Shown piece by piece: positions 50,441-51,281 of a stretch of DNA of 51,281 bases; positions within the stretch are counted from its first letter, which is position 1, and every line of letters starts with the position of its first letter. The notes beneath the pieces are model-generated. The model had not been told where the DNA came from. It was given only the letters and a program-made list of their open reading frames with translations, and searched no databases. The stretch covers positions 1-51,281 of the forward strand of contig JACQUK010000151.1 of assembly GCA_016210325.1 (NCBI GenBank), read 5' to 3'. This DNA is from Chloroflexota bacterium. Lineage in GTDB: Bacteria; Chloroflexota; Dehalococcoidia; Lucifugimonadales; HRBIN23. A program made the translations under genes and the position numbers.

Positions 50441-50770
50441 CTAGTGGTGGCACCCGCCACCATGCTGGTGCATGGGTGGCGGGGTGTTGGGCGCCTCGAT
50501 GGTGAAGCCGATGCCCAGTCCATCCTCCCGGTAGTCAATAAGGGCGCCCTCCAGGGCTTCTGCTAGGTCTGGCTCAACCAAGAGCCGCACCCCACCCGCC
50601 TGGACCACGGTGTCTTGTGGGGCCGGGGCATCTTCCAGGGCCAGCTTCCAGCCGTGAACGCACCCGTGGGGGCCAAGCACTGCGGCGATCCTCACCGAGG
50701 CGTTGGGCAGGCCGTTGGAGTCCAGTACCGCGTGGAGCTTTTCCTGGGCCTTAGGCGTAAGTGCCAGCAT
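50441..50770 (-). CDS. HesB/IscA-fold protein with atypical His-rich C-terminus
   Basis: LTPKAQEKLHAVL...VRIAAV...GCVHGWKLAL...GGVRLLVEPD...LEGALIDY matches the IscA/HesB fold. The canonical C-terminal CGCG motif is replaced by PPPMHQHGGGCHH. Confidence 0.6.
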   Translation of the reverse strand: MLALTPKAQEKLHAVLDSNGLPNASVRIAAVLGPHGCVHGWKLALEDAPAPQDTVVQAGGVRLLVEPDLAEALEGALIDYREDGLGIGFTIEAPNTPPPMHQHGGGCHH

Positions 50771-50829
50771 TCAGGCACCCTCCTTTCCATGTATCCTGCC
50801 ACTCTGTGACCGCCACGCGCTCTCCTTCC

Positions 50830-51281
50830 TTAATGACGCATGCCAGGCATCGAGGATGGCATAGGGGTGGGCGTGGCAGCCCCAACAGTTTCCTGGTAGT
50901 AGCCCCGGAACCCTTCGTACTGGATGATCTGGACCAGGCCTCCGGGCTCCACGCCGTCGTTTTCCGTGTGATGGAGTTCGTGGCAATGGAAGACCCAGTT
51001 CCCTGGGCTGTCGGCAATAAAGGCGATGTCGTAGGTTTCACCAGGGTTGATGGTGAGGGTGTTCATCCACTGCTGATTAGCCGGCGGCACCGGCTCGCCG
51101 TCCTTGGCGATGACCTTGAAGTCATGGCCGTGCAGGTGCATAGGGTGGAACAGGTTACTCAGGTTCACGATACGGACCCGGACCTTGTCTCCCTCCTTGA
51201 CGTTCCACGGCTCTACAGCGGGGTAGGCCTTGCCGTTGATGGTGAAGTAGTTGTAGTCCATGGCCATGCCCTGGCCTGCAC
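50830..51281 (-). CDS. Multicopper oxidase, C-terminal domain (partial, continues beyond window)
   Basis: HPMHLHGHDF (T2/T3 copper HxHxH) and HCHELHH (T1/T3 HCH motif). The N-terminus lies outside the window. Confidence 0.8.
   Translation of the reverse strand, partial: AGQGMAMDYNYFTINGKAYPAVEPWNVKEGDKVRVRIVNLSNLFHPMHLHGHDFKVIAKDGEPVPPANQQWMNTLTINPGETYDIAFIADSPGNWVFHCHELHHTENDGVEPGGLVQIIQYEGFRGYYQETVGAATPTPMPSSMPGMRH

Overview
High-GC bacterial chromosomal window. The DUF2298 'YYY' plus TIGR03663-type membrane protein pair suggests Chloroflexota, a pair otherwise seen mainly in Archaea. I call about 46 protein-coding genes and found no rRNA, tRNA, CRISPR array or transposase. Left to right: housekeeping and DNA-repair genes (amidohydrolase, rsmA, ispE, PHP phosphoesterase, exonuclease-DinG helicase, Ogg-like glycosylase); a GAF histidine kinase with a NarL-type regulator; qor, cca, rnc, ftsY; a large uncharacterised envelope module (DUF2298, TIGR03663-like, UPF0104, FAD oxidoreductase, tandem NTF2-like protein); a five-gene soluble flavin/Fe-S oxidoreductase cluster (NuoE/NuoF/NuoG-FdsA-like, GltD/NfnB-like, FNR-like) whose formate-dehydrogenase-like subunit lacks the catalytic Cys/Sec-His; mutS, MFS, HAD, mutL; PQQ sugar dehydrogenase, DinB-like, Ham1-like, mutY, a second UPF0104, phosphotriesterase-like. 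The last ~7 kb is an accessory-looking envelope copper/thiol-redox island (lipoprotein-cupin, CcdA, cupredoxin, tandem DUF1573-like lipoprotein, lgt, Met/Gly-rich secreted protein, lipoprotein, CCxHH membrane protein, IscA-like protein, partial multicopper oxidase). Most notable observations: (1) an in-frame TGA directly after a Cys inside the DUF1573-like lipoprotein, followed by a SECIS-like hairpin and an in-frame homologous domain remainder, making it a candidate Cys-Sec selenoprotein or a very recent pseudogene; (2) a second same-frame TGA splitting a lipoprotein-cupin gene in a low-GC patch; (3) three copies of a ~100-130 bp inverted-repeat (MITE-like or structured-RNA-like) element, all in 5' intergenic regions, one with an 8-9 bp direct flanking duplication; (4) the degenerate Fds-like/GltD/FNR cluster as a possible novel NAD(P)H/ferredoxin oxidoreductase. 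All calls rest on motif reading of the supplied translations and the nucleotide sequence. No database search was run.
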